DNA of 64,000 nucleotides from Candidatus Hydrogenedentota bacterium (GCA_045863335.1 BTVY01000009.1:92918-156917), one strand, 5' to 3'; positions 18,719-28,121 are shown, counted from the first letter of the stretch. Numbers and translations are program-made. Notes: generated from the letters alone by a model not told the origin.

Positions 18719-19813
18719 GTGAGCAAGGAAATAATCAACGTACTCATCCTGGACGACTCCGGCGAGAGCCGCCGGATATTGTCCGAGGTTGTCTCCGCCA
18801 TGCCCCGATCTGTGCTGTGCGGAGCCGGCGTGGTTGGCCCAAACGGCTTCGCGCGAATCGGCAGCGACGACATTGACCTCATCCTGTTGGCCGCCACTGC
18901 GGGAATTCAAACCGTTCGCAATTTGAAAACGCGGTACCCGCATCTCGGCATTATTGTTGTAAGCGACGCGGTGCGGCGAGAAGCGGAACTCGCGCTCGCA
19001 TCGATCGATGCGGGCGCTCTGGGATTTGTGCGCCGCCCGGCAATCAGGCCCGCGGGCGACGGACAAGCCGAACTGGTTCGTCAGATCTTTCCGCTGATCT
19101 GTACGTACCATGCCCGGCGGGCCGCGCACGAGACGCGCGAGCACATCGCGGCGAGCCGGAAACTGACGCAGACGGCCCAACGTCCCCCCAAGCCGCCCTC
19201 AAGACCGTTGCAACCCGCCCGGCGCATCGATCTCGTTGCGATTGGCATTTCCGCAGGCGGTCCGGAGGCCTTGCAGCGTATGGTGCCCATGCTACCCGCG
19301 TCGCTCGGAGTCCCGATACTCGTGGTACAACACATGCCGCCCGTATTTACCCGTACGCTCGCGGAGCGCCTCAATTCCATGTGCGCTATGCCGGTGCGTG
19401 AGGCTGAGGCGGGCTCATCGGTCGAACCGGACGTGCTCCTGATTGCCCCGGGTGGGTATCACATGGTTCTTGAGCGCGCGCCCCGAGGCGGGTTCCAGAT
19501 TGAACTGGACAGTGGACCGCTGGTTCACGGATGCCGCCCGTCGGTGGATGTGCTGTTCCAGTCCATCGCGCAGCATGCGATTCGGGGCGTACTGTCCGTA
19601 ATCATGACCGGCATGGGGTCGGACGGGTGCGACGGCGTCCGCGCCATCAAAGCCCTCGGCGGATACTGCATATCGCAAGACGAAGCGAGTAGTAGCGTGT
19701 TCGGAATGCCAAAGGCCATTGAAGACGCCGGCCTGTCCGACGAGCAGGTGCCATTGGACCGGTTAGCCTTTCGTATTGCCGCCATCGTAGGCGCATCCCG
19801 CGCGGTAATGTAA
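18719..19813 (+). CDS. cheB: CheB-type protein-glutamate methylesterase with degenerate receiver domain
   Basis: Catalytic motifs GISAGGP, VQHMP and MTGMGSDG; RPSVDVLF; SSVFGMP. Confidence 0.88.
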   Translation: MSKEIINVLILDDSGESRRILSEVVSAMPRSVLCGAGVVGPNGFARIGSDDIDLILLAATAGIQTVRNLKTRYPHLGIIVVSDAVRREAELALASIDAGALGFVRRPAIRPAGDGQAELVRQIFPLICTYHARRAAHETREHIAASRKLTQTAQRPPKPPSRPLQPARRIDLVAIGISAGGPEALQRMVPMLPASLGVPILVVQHMPPVFTRTLAERLNSMCAMPVREAEAGSSVEPDVLLIAPGGYHMVLERAPRGGFQIELDSGPLVHGCRPSVDVLFQSIAQHAIRGVLSVIMTGMGSDGCDGVRAIKALGGYCISQDEASSSVFGMPKAIEDAGLSDEQVPLDRLAFRIAAIVGASRAVM

Positions 19814-19975
19814 TTCCTGTCCGCCATGCCATTCTCGGCGCGCAGCGACTGGAAAATACCGTGTTACCCCGATACACTCGGTCTAATCATGCAGCCGGGG
19901 CGGCGTTCTCTGTTGCGCCGGCGGGCAGACGTGATCCGCACAAACGAAATCTCGTGAGAGAGGAATGGACTTTCC

Positions 19976-21928
19976 ATGCTACGTCTAAACTACCTGTTGA
20001 CTGTCGTCGCGTTGTTGGGCATGACCGGTCCGGCACACGGCGGCATAACTCCACCTCCGGAGGGCATTCGGCTATTCAATGGTGAGAACCTGGACGGGTT
20101 CTACACCTGGATTCGCGACCGTGGCCGTGGCACGGACCCCGAGAACGTGTTTACCGTACACGACGGTATGCTTCATATCAGTGGAAAAGAGTGGGGCTGC
20201 GTCACGTCCGATGAGGAGTACGAGAACTATCACCTCGTGGCCGAGTTCAAATGGGGCGAAATCACCCACGAACCGCGGATCGATCGCGCGCGCGATAGCG
20301 GGATTCTCGTGAACTCCACCGGGGAAGACGGTGGATACAGCGGAATCTGGATGAAGTCCATCGAGGTGCAGATGATCGAAGGCGGCACGGGTGATCTCCT
20401 GGCCGTGGGCGACGGATCGACGAACTACGAGCTTACCGCCACCGTGGCCGATGCCTCCGAGGGCGTGCCGCATGTGTATAAAGAAGGCGGGACGCCCTTG
20501 ACGATCAACGGCGGGCGGATCGACTGGTGGGGCCGCGATCCGGGTTGGGAAGACGTGAAGGATTTTCGCGGTGCCCAGGACGTCGAGTACCCGATCGGAG
20601 AATGGAATCGTGTGGAAGCGATCGTGGCCGGGGACCGAATCACGGTCTATCTCAACGGCGTCAAGGTCAACGAGTGTTACGGGGTGAAGCCGACGAGCGG
20701 CCGATTGCAGATCCAGTCTGAAGGCGCGGAGGTTTTCGTGCGGCGGTTCGACCTGCTGCCCATCGGCGACGAGGTTGCACCGGTGCTGGGGTCGCGTTTC
20801 ATTTACAATAGCGACGCCAGCAACATGTTCATCGACGTGGAACCGCCGATGACCCCGGAGGATCTGTATCCGTACGTCGATGAGGTGGCCGGAACGCAGG
20901 TGACGACCTTTGCGGCCTCGCCGAATTTCGGCATGGTGATGAGTTATCCCAGCAACGCGGCGACGATGCTCGGTACCGATGTCAGCGAAGCCCTCGCGGC
21001 AACGATTGCCCCCGGCGTGGAGACCAAACCGACAAGCACCGAACGCGCTGCCGTGAATCTGCGGGCGCTCGTGGAGGCGGGGCATAACCCTTTGGGCCTC
21101 GTCATTGATCGCGCAAATGAGAAGGGGCTTGAGACCTTCGTGTCTTTCCGGTTGAACGAAGTCCACGCCGTCGAGCAGGAAGATCACCTGATCCTGTCCC
21201 GGTTCTGGAAAGAGCATCCCGAATGGCGTATCGGCAAGGTCGCCGACCCGCTCAGCGACTTGTATGTGGAGATTCTCGGACCGCGTACCAGTCCCATCGT
21301 GGGCACGTGGCTGCCGGCGGGGTTGAACTTCGCTGTTCCCGAAGTGCGCGCGCAACGACTCGCCGAGCTGCGTGAATGTTGCGAAATGTTTGATGCCGAT
21401 GGGCTCGAACTCGATTTTCAGCGTTTTCCCATGTACTTCAAGCAAGGCGAGGAAGCCGATCACATCGAGACGATGACCGCGTGGATGCGCGACGTGCGCG
21501 CCATGACCCGGGAAGTCGGGGAGGGGCGCGGGCGGCCTATTCTGTTGACCGCGCGCATTATGGCCAAACCGGAACAGAATCTCGGTATCGGCCTGGACCC
21601 CGTCACCTGGGCCAAGGAAGGGCTCATCGATTTTGTCATCGTGTCCCACTACCTTCGCAACGATTTTCCCCTGCCCGTTTCCGAGTACCGGCGGCTGCTT
21701 CCGCCGTCCATGCCGATCTACGCGTCCATCGAGGTCGAGCCGGAACAGGATACCTATCGCACGATGGCCTGGGACCTGTATCAGAATGGTGCGGACGGCA
21801 TCTCGCTCTTCAATTTCTTCACCACGCGTGAGCGTGGTGAAGGTCCGCCATTCGACCTGCTGAAAGAACTGGGCGAACCAACCACGATCAAACTGGCAGC
21901 GAAGGAGCAGAAAGCAGGTGAGGCATGA
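19976..21928 (+). CDS. Secreted fusion: DUF1080 (3-keto-glycoside hydrolase/hydratase-like) plus GHL10-like TIM-barrel glycoside hydrolase
   Basis: N-terminal half has LFNGENLDG, EFKWG, DSG, E.Q, GEWN and LQIQSEG. C-terminal half has FIYNSD, SFRLNE.H, NFAVPEVR, DGLELDF.R and GADGISLFNF. Confidence 0.78.
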   Translation: MLRLNYLLTVVALLGMTGPAHGGITPPPEGIRLFNGENLDGFYTWIRDRGRGTDPENVFTVHDGMLHISGKEWGCVTSDEEYENYHLVAEFKWGEITHEPRIDRARDSGILVNSTGEDGGYSGIWMKSIEVQMIEGGTGDLLAVGDGSTNYELTATVADASEGVPHVYKEGGTPLTINGGRIDWWGRDPGWEDVKDFRGAQDVEYPIGEWNRVEAIVAGDRITVYLNGVKVNECYGVKPTSGRLQIQSEGAEVFVRRFDLLPIGDEVAPVLGSRFIYNSDASNMFIDVEPPMTPEDLYPYVDEVAGTQVTTFAASPNFGMVMSYPSNAATMLGTDVSEALAATIAPGVETKPTSTERAAVNLRALVEAGHNPLGLVIDRANEKGLETFVSFRLNEVHAVEQEDHLILSRFWKEHPEWRIGKVADPLSDLYVEILGPRTSPIVGTWLPAGLNFAVPEVRAQRLAELRECCEMFDADGLELDFQRFPMYFKQGEEADHIETMTAWMRDVRAMTREVGEGRGRPILLTARIMAKPEQNLGIGLDPVTWAKEGLIDFVIVSHYLRNDFPLPVSEYRRLLPPSMPIYASIEVEPEQDTYRTMAWDLYQNGADGISLFNFFTTRERGEGPPFDLLKELGEPTTIKLAAKEQKAGEA

Positions 21929-22935
21929 TCCGGTCGATTGACCTTGTGATAATCGCAATTGCCGTCGTACTCTCGGGAAGCCCTGCCGCCGTCGCGGCCG
22001 GATACCCGAAGATCAATCTTGCGGTCGGCTACGAGGTTGTGCCCGACTGGCCCGAAAGACCGGAGACCCTGACCTGGCGCTACATGACCGGCGTCGCCGT
22101 GGACCAGCAGGATCGGGTGTGGACGCTGAATGCTTTCGCGCCGCAGGTGCAGTGTTACGACACGGAAGGCAAGTTGCTCGACGCGTGGGGCACGGGGCTG
22201 TTCAAGAACCCGCATTTTATCCGGATCGATCCCGAAGGAAACGTGTGGACCACCGATTACGGGCAACATACCGTGCGCAAGTTCACGACGGATGGCAAGC
22301 TGCTGATGACGTTGGGTGTGCCCGACGAAGCAGGCGCCGATGAGCACCATTTTAATCGTCCGACCGATGTCGTCGTCACGCCTGCGGGCGACATCTTCGT
22401 GACGGATGGCTATGGCAACAATCGTGTCGTCCACTTCGACAGGGAAGGCCGGTTTGTTAAGGCCTGGGGCGAACTCGGCGTGGAGGCAGGCCAGTTGAGC
22501 CAACCTCACAGCATCGCCGTGGACTCCGCGGGCCGGTTGTATGTGGGAGAGCGGAACAACTGCCGCATTCAGATCTTCGATCAGGACGGAAACTCCCTGG
22601 AGCAGTGGCGCAATCTCATCAACCCGTGGGGAATCTGGATCACGCCCAACGATGAGGTCTACGTGTGCGGATCGGCTCCGGCCCGATGGACCGAGCGCGG
22701 CAATCTCGGGAACCCGCCCTCAGATCAGTTGCTGATCAAGTTCGACACGGAAGGCGTGCCGCAGGAGTTGTGGGTGTTTCCGCTGGCCAAAGAAGGCGAG
22801 TTGATCCCCGGGCACCTGGACTGGGTGCATGGTATCGCGGTCGACACGAAGGGCGACCTGTATCTCGGCGACGTGGCGGATAACAGCAAGACCCACCGCG
22901 TGCAGAAGTTCCGGCGACTGGAACCGGAAGGGTAG
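21925..22935 (+). CDS. Secreted NHL-repeat beta-propeller (peptidyl-alpha-hydroxyglycine alpha-amidating lyase-like)
   Basis: NHL repeats (PHFIRIDPEGNVWTTD, FNRPTDVVV, DGYGNNRV, PHSIAVD, VHGIAVD); ATGA overlap with the upstream gene. Confidence 0.82.
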   Translation: MIRSIDLVIIAIAVVLSGSPAAVAAGYPKINLAVGYEVVPDWPERPETLTWRYMTGVAVDQQDRVWTLNAFAPQVQCYDTEGKLLDAWGTGLFKNPHFIRIDPEGNVWTTDYGQHTVRKFTTDGKLLMTLGVPDEAGADEHHFNRPTDVVVTPAGDIFVTDGYGNNRVVHFDREGRFVKAWGELGVEAGQLSQPHSIAVDSAGRLYVGERNNCRIQIFDQDGNSLEQWRNLINPWGIWITPNDEVYVCGSAPARWTERGNLGNPPSDQLLIKFDTEGVPQELWVFPLAKEGELIPGHLDWVHGIAVDTKGDLYLGDVADNSKTHRVQKFRRLEPEG

Positions 22936-22980
22936 GTTTCGACTGCTGCGGATCCGCCAGCCTTGGACGTTCCAAAATCG

Positions 22981-23167
22981 AAGATGGGTCCCCGCCTCCG
23001 CGGGGATGACGGTGCGGGGCGTGAGCCGGGGTGACGGTGCGATGTTGTAGCACGACTTGGCTCGAGGACGTTCGTTGAAGAGGGCTTCCCTTCAAGTGGA
23101 TGACGTTTCTTGCAGTGGCTGGACTTACACCAACACCGTCATCCCCGCGGAGGCGGGGACCCATCTT
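22981..23167. repeat. REPIN-like element: perfect 34-bp inverted repeat around a 119-bp spacer
   Basis: 22981-23014 (AAGATGGGTCCCCGCCTCCGCGGGGATGACGGTG) is the exact reverse complement of 23134-23167. Each arm contains the CCCCGC-N-GCGGGG hairpin of GTCATyCCCGCG..GCGGG-type repeats. Confidence 0.85.
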
Positions 23168-23209
23168 TGATTAAACTTCAATAGCATCGGATGATCGAGG
23201 AACCGAATC

Positions 23210-24421
23210 ATGAAGCTGATCCCGCATAGCCGTTTGTTGCGGCTGACGACTCTTGTCCTCTTCCTCGCAACTATCGCATCCGCACAAGACGCGTCCGTCG
23301 ACTACAGCATCGACGTCCAGACCGTCGTGACGCACGACGATCATGACTGGCTTTGGTTCCACCCGCGCGCGGCCGCGATTTCGGGACTCGGCAAGGATGG
23401 CAATCCTGCGGTCATCATGACCATCCAGAAGCACTTGGGGAAATCCGACCACTACTCAGGGCTTTCCGTGTTGCGCACCGATGACCTAGGCAATACGTGG
23501 ACCGGGCCGACGGCTATCCCGGAACTGGACGCGTGGGAAGAAGGCGATGGGATTGTCTGTGCGGTCGCCGACGTCACGCCGGCGTGGCATGCGCACACCG
23601 AAAAGATCATCGCTATTGGCATCAAGGTCCGTTACGACGACGGCGATCAGGTTTACGATAAGCCGCGTTCCCACGACGCCGCGTACGCGGTCTACGATCC
23701 CGCGTCGAATGCCTGGTCCAAGTGGAGGATGATTGATACGCCGGAAGCCGAAGGCAAGTTCTATCTTGTCAGTCCCGGCTGCGGACAGTACGTGATTGAA
23801 GGCGACGGCAGCATCCTGTTGCCCTTCTACTATCGCGGTCCCGAAGGCGAGGTCTATTCCACGACGGTCATGCGCTGCAGTTTCGATGGCGAGACCATGC
23901 GGTACATTGAACATGGTGATGAACTCGAACTTGCTGTAGAGCGCGGGCTCGTGGAGCCTTCGTTGATAACGTATCGCGGAAAGTACTACCTCACCATTCG
24001 TAATGACGTGAAGGGGTACGTAACAACAAGCGAGGATGGCTTGCACTTCGCGCCGATTCAGCCCTGGACCTTCGATGACGGCGAAGAGCTGGGCAGCTAC
24101 AATACGCAGCAGCACTGGCTTACTCTCGGAGACAGGCTATTCCTGGTCTACACCCGGCGCGGCGCCAACAACGACCACATCATGCGTCACCGCGCGCCGC
24201 TGTTTATCGCGCAAGTCGACCCGGAGCGCCTCTGCATTCTGCGGAACACCGAGCGCGTGCTCATTCCCGAGCGCGGTGCCACGCTCGGAAACTTTGGCGC
24301 CTCACCCATCACGCCAACCGAATCCTGGGTTACCGTCTCGGAAGGGATCTGGAGCGACGACGCCCGCGCCCGCGGTGCCGAAGGCGCAACCTTCGTCACC
24401 CGCGTTCGCCTGATCGACTGA
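23210..24421 (+). CDS. Secreted sialidase-like/BNR beta-propeller glycosidase
   Basis: Signal peptide; RTDDLGNTW, RGLVEPS, TSEDGLHF, YNTQQHW, RHRAPL and LGNF. Confidence 0.75.
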   Translation: MKLIPHSRLLRLTTLVLFLATIASAQDASVDYSIDVQTVVTHDDHDWLWFHPRAAAISGLGKDGNPAVIMTIQKHLGKSDHYSGLSVLRTDDLGNTWTGPTAIPELDAWEEGDGIVCAVADVTPAWHAHTEKIIAIGIKVRYDDGDQVYDKPRSHDAAYAVYDPASNAWSKWRMIDTPEAEGKFYLVSPGCGQYVIEGDGSILLPFYYRGPEGEVYSTTVMRCSFDGETMRYIEHGDELELAVERGLVEPSLITYRGKYYLTIRNDVKGYVTTSEDGLHFAPIQPWTFDDGEELGSYNTQQHWLTLGDRLFLVYTRRGANNDHIMRHRAPLFIAQVDPERLCILRNTERVLIPERGATLGNFGASPITPTESWVTVSEGIWSDDARARGAEGATFVTRVRLID

Positions 24422-24511
24422 CCGTCGCCGCGTCCACAGTGCGCGGCTCCCCATGATTCGTTAGAATGGTCTGAGCGTTCCGGGGAAGGAACGCAGGGGG
24501 AGGGCGTTTGC

Positions 24512-25852
24512 ATGCGAAATCATTTCGTACTACAGGGGGCATTCGCGGCTGCATTTGCCGTCGCGCTTCTGACTTGCGGCGCGCCGTTTGTTGCGCGATC
24601 GCAAGAGGCCGCGGCCGATAACGAAGCGCGCCTTGACTGGTGGCGCGAGGCGCGGTTCGGGCTCTTCATCCATTGGGGGCCGGTCGCGCAGAAGGGCACC
24701 GAAATTGGCTGGTCCCGAGGCACGCAGATTCCCGTCGAGGAATACGACAGCCTTTATACCCGGTTCAATCCAACCCAGTTCTCCGCAACGGAGTGGGCGC
24801 AACTCGCCCGTGACGCTGGCACGAAGTATCTTGTCATCACCAGCAAGCACCACGACGGGTTTTCGCTTTGGGATTCCGAGTTTACCGGCTACGACATGAT
24901 GTCCTCGCCCTACGGGCGCGATATCCTGCGGCCGCTCGCCGATGCCTGCCGCGAAGAAGGCCTGCGCTTCTGCACCTACTACTCCATCATCGATTGGTAC
25001 CATCCCGATTACATTCCTCGCGGCAAGGGCGACAATCGTCCGCCGGACACCGCCGGTTACGAGCGCTACGTCATCTTCATGAAGAATCAGCTTCGCGAAC
25101 TCATCACGAACTACGGTCCGCTAGGGATACTGTGGTTCGACGGCGAGTGGGAACCGACCTGGACGCACGAGCATGGCTTGGAGTTATACCGGTACGTTCG
25201 AGACTTGCAGCCCTCGATCATCATCAACAATCGCGTCGACAAAGGCCGGAGCGGCATGAAAGGTGTCACGAAATCGGGTGGCTTCGCGGGGGATTACGAT
25301 ACTCCGGAACAAGAAATCGGCAGTTTCCAACGCGAAAGGCCTTGGGAAACCTGCATGACCATCGGCACGCAGTGGGCCTGGAAGCCCGGCGATACGGTAA
25401 AGAGCTTCGAGGAATGCATCCGCACGCTCGTCCTCACCTGTGGCGGCGACGGGAACCTGTTGCTGAACGTGGGGCCCCAGCCCGACGGAAGCATCGAAGC
25501 CAGACAAGCCGCCCGCCTGCGCGAGATGGGGGACTGGCTCGAACGTTACGGTGAAAGTATCTATGGCACCCGGGGCGGACCCTTCCTTCCCGGGGAATGG
25601 GGCGCGTCCACGTGCAAGGACAATACGATCTACGTGCATGTCTTCCAGTGGGAAGGCGGTACCTTCACCTTGCCGGCAATCGCGCCACGGATCCAATCGG
25701 CGCACGTTCTCGGCGGCGCGGAAATTGAGTTCGAGCAGACGGACGGTGGCATTGAATTGCGCCTTGACGAATCACTTCAGGACCCCGTCGACACGGTCAT
25801 TGCCCTTGAACTGGACAGCCCGGCATTCGCGATCCAGCTGTTGAGCCGCTAA
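24512..25852 (+). CDS. Alpha-L-fucosidase, GH29
   Basis: WWREARFGLFIHWG, SKHHDGF, nucleophile motif LWFDGEW, IINNR, PWETC and NLLLNVGP..DG. Confidence 0.92.
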   Translation: MRNHFVLQGAFAAAFAVALLTCGAPFVARSQEAAADNEARLDWWREARFGLFIHWGPVAQKGTEIGWSRGTQIPVEEYDSLYTRFNPTQFSATEWAQLARDAGTKYLVITSKHHDGFSLWDSEFTGYDMMSSPYGRDILRPLADACREEGLRFCTYYSIIDWYHPDYIPRGKGDNRPPDTAGYERYVIFMKNQLRELITNYGPLGILWFDGEWEPTWTHEHGLELYRYVRDLQPSIIINNRVDKGRSGMKGVTKSGGFAGDYDTPEQEIGSFQRERPWETCMTIGTQWAWKPGDTVKSFEECIRTLVLTCGGDGNLLLNVGPQPDGSIEARQAARLREMGDWLERYGESIYGTRGGPFLPGEWGASTCKDNTIYVHVFQWEGGTFTLPAIAPRIQSAHVLGGAEIEFEQTDGGIELRLDESLQDPVDTVIALELDSPAFAIQLLSR

Positions 25853-25880
25853 ACTGCTCCCTGCAAGGCAGGGGATCGCA

Positions 25881-26795
25881 ATGCACGCAAGCAACGAAAT
25901 GGAGACCGTCGTCTACAAAACCGTCGGCGATCTCTCCATCAAGGCGGACGTCTATCCCGTAGTCAGCGCCAAGCCGGCGCCGGTGCTGGTGCTTATCCAT
26001 GGCGGCGCGCTGATTATGGGGAGCCGCACCAATATCCGCCAAACGCTCCGGTTTCTCTGCGCCCGCGAAGGTTTCGCGCAGGTGTCCATCGACTACCGGC
26101 TCGCGCCGGAGACAAAGCTGCCTGCGATCATCGGAGACCTTCAGGACGCATTCCGCTGGGTTCGCGGGGAAGGGGCGCGCCGCTTCCACTTCGACCCCGA
26201 CCGGATCGGTGTCGTTGGCTGGTCGGCCGGCGGATACCTGACGCTCATGTCGGGATTCTGCGTCGAGCCGCGTCCCAAGGCGTTGGTGTCGTTTTATGGC
26301 TATGGCGACATCGCCGGACCCTGGTACGCCGAACCGGACCCCCATTACTGCCAGCAACCCGCGGTGTCACGCGAAACCGCGCTCGCGTCGGTGGGCAACG
26401 CGCCGCTCACCGAACCGCCGCCCGGCAACGAACGGTTTCAATTTTACCTCTACTGCCGCCAGAACGGGCTTTGGTCGAACGAAGTCGCCGGCTTCGATCC
26501 CCACACGCAACCGCGCGCCTTCGATCCCTACTGTCCCGTTCGCAACGTGACCTCGGACTATCCGCGCACGCTGTTGTTCCACGGTACCAACGATACCGAC
26601 GTGCCCTATCAACAGTCCGTCGACATGGCGGCGGCACTCGATGCAAAGGGAGTGTTCAACGACCTCGTCACCATACCCGGCGGAGGCCACGGATTCGACG
26701 GCGGCGTGCGCGTAGAAGATATGCAGGATTTCCGACCGAAGCCCGGCGCGGCGGCTTTCGCGCGCACGGTGTCGTTTCTCAAGCAGTACGTTTGA
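25881..26795 (+). CDS. Alpha/beta hydrolase (HSL-like carboxyl/acetyl esterase)
   Basis: HGGA oxyanion motif, DYRLAPE, GWSAG nucleophile, HGTND.DVP and HGF. Confidence 0.88.
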   Translation: MHASNEMETVVYKTVGDLSIKADVYPVVSAKPAPVLVLIHGGALIMGSRTNIRQTLRFLCAREGFAQVSIDYRLAPETKLPAIIGDLQDAFRWVRGEGARRFHFDPDRIGVVGWSAGGYLTLMSGFCVEPRPKALVSFYGYGDIAGPWYAEPDPHYCQQPAVSRETALASVGNAPLTEPPPGNERFQFYLYCRQNGLWSNEVAGFDPHTQPRAFDPYCPVRNVTSDYPRTLLFHGTNDTDVPYQQSVDMAAALDAKGVFNDLVTIPGGGHGFDGGVRVEDMQDFRPKPGAAAFARTVSFLKQYV

Positions 26796-26851
26796 TAGTT
26801 GAGATCAGACAGTTTTTTTCAACAAACTGCACATGATGGAACGACTCCATG

Positions 26852-27005
26852 TGGAGTGCGGCCCCTCGGGGCTGCTTTGTTTCGCGGAGTTCTGAACTAC
26901 CGAAGATGGTCGAGAGAATTCATTTCAGCGAAAGGGACGGAGTTTATCTCATAGAGCCGCAGGCAAGCCTGCTTCGTAAAGGCAGCCCCAAGGGGCCGCA
27001 CTCCA
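26852..27005. repeat. REPIN-like element: 24-bp inverted repeat with 1 mismatch (TGGAGTGCGG type)
   Basis: TGGAGTGCGGCCCCTCGGGGCTGC (26852-26875) pairs with GCAGCCCCAAGGGGCCGCACTCCA (26982-27005), between convergent genes. Confidence 0.75.
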
Positions 27006-27034
27006 TAGTGGCCCGTGCATGTAGAAATCTTATC

Positions 27035-27706
27035 TTACGATGGACTTGTGCTGGTCAGGTCAGCGTCATTTGTTCCCGTGACGTACCGTTTGAGCAGGTC
27101 ATCGACTGCCTGGACGTGCTCGTCGCGGAAAGCCACGGCGCCATTGCCGAAAATGGGAAGCCAACTCTTGTATCGGTAGGTCAACGTGCAGCCGCGATCG
27201 CCGGTCCACGTGTAGCTCTCGAAGCGATCCCACCTGAGCAGAGCGCCAAACAGCCAGATCCCATTCTCGCAAATCTTCAGACGCCCCATACCCATGAAAA
27301 CTCAGAAGAAGGAGAACGGTACAAAGAATACCGCAAAGATGAGTTCCAGATGGCCATTGGCACCCACAAAGTACTTGGTTGCGGCCAGAACTCCCATCGC
27401 CAAGCTCATGCTACCGTTCATCCAGAAGATCCAGTGCATCGGACGCGGGCCGCAGTCGATCAGCACCTTGCCGGCAGCCGCTTTGTGGGGAAATGAAAAG
27501 AGCAGTGCAGCTATCGCGGATGCGAACGACAAGACGGCGCATAGCGCGATGACGGTCAGCAAGTACGGGAAGCCCCAGCGCGAAGACAGGATGAAAGACA
27601 CCAAGCCAATGGGAATCAAAACGCTCACACCACAAATGGCCATGTTTCTGAACCCGGTGCGCCACATTTCAGATGTCATTGGTAGAGACATGGCTTGTGA
27701 CCTCAT
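27035..27706 (-). pseudogene. Membrane protein with DUF5673-like C-terminal domain, interrupted by one in-frame TGA
   Basis: ORFs 27302..27706 and 27035..27295 are in the same frame (...TTC TTC TGA GTT TTC ATG GGT...). The C-terminal part has ICENGI...LLRWDRFESYTW. Confidence 0.65.
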
Positions 27707-27761
27707 GCGTTTAGTCCATAATACTAGATTAGGTCAGTCGGCGCAAGGGGGTAACGTCCGC

Positions 27762-28121
27762 CTACTCCGGCTCCACAATCTTCACCGGCCCGTGGTCGTC
27801 GCAGTGGTCGCCGTGGGGATGGTGAAGGTGGCCGTCGACGAGGTAATCGATGTGGTCGCCGTGGGGCACGGGTTCGTGACCGCAACCAGGTCCGTGGACA
27901 TGCGCGGGATCGTGGCCTTCGCAGGGGTGTCCTTCTGTACAGGCGTCCGGATTTGTCTCCGTCACCGGTAACTGGTGCTCATCGTGATGATCGCCATGGG
28001 GATGCAGCAGGTGTCCGTTTTGCAGATAATCGGTGTGCCCCTCATGCTCGATGGCGAGGTGTCCACACTCGGCGCTATGTCTGTGGACGTGACCGCGGTG
28101 GGATTTACAGCTCATTTTCAA
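27762..28121 (-). CDS. Small His/Cys-rich two-repeat metal-binding protein
   Basis: Two copies of HxHxxxCGHxxxxHxxHxDYLxxGHLxHPHGDHxDxH; last gene of the znu operon; GAGG RBS. Confidence 0.8.
   Translation of the reverse strand: MKMSCKSHRGHVHRHSAECGHLAIEHEGHTDYLQNGHLLHPHGDHHDEHQLPVTETNPDACTEGHPCEGHDPAHVHGPGCGHEPVPHGDHIDYLVDGHLHHPHGDHCDDHGPVKIVEPE

Noticed and set aside
20072-21958. 628-aa antisense ORF
   Set aside because: Shadow of the DUF1080 fusion gene. Long antisense frames are expected in high-GC coding DNA, and it has no motifs.
22981-23167. CRISPR array
   Set aside because: Only two copies, in inverted orientation. There is no direct repeat-spacer series and no cas gene.
27302-27304. 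Selenocysteine or alternative genetic code at the in-frame TGA
   Set aside because: The context is a hydrophobic helix with no redox motif and no evident SECIS. Many intact genes here end in TGA (e.g. 5577, 6215, 6756), so standard code 11 applies.
26849-27971. Plus-strand ORFs 26849..27496 and 27294..27971
   Set aside because: They overlap the REP element and better-supported minus-strand genes, and have no motifs.
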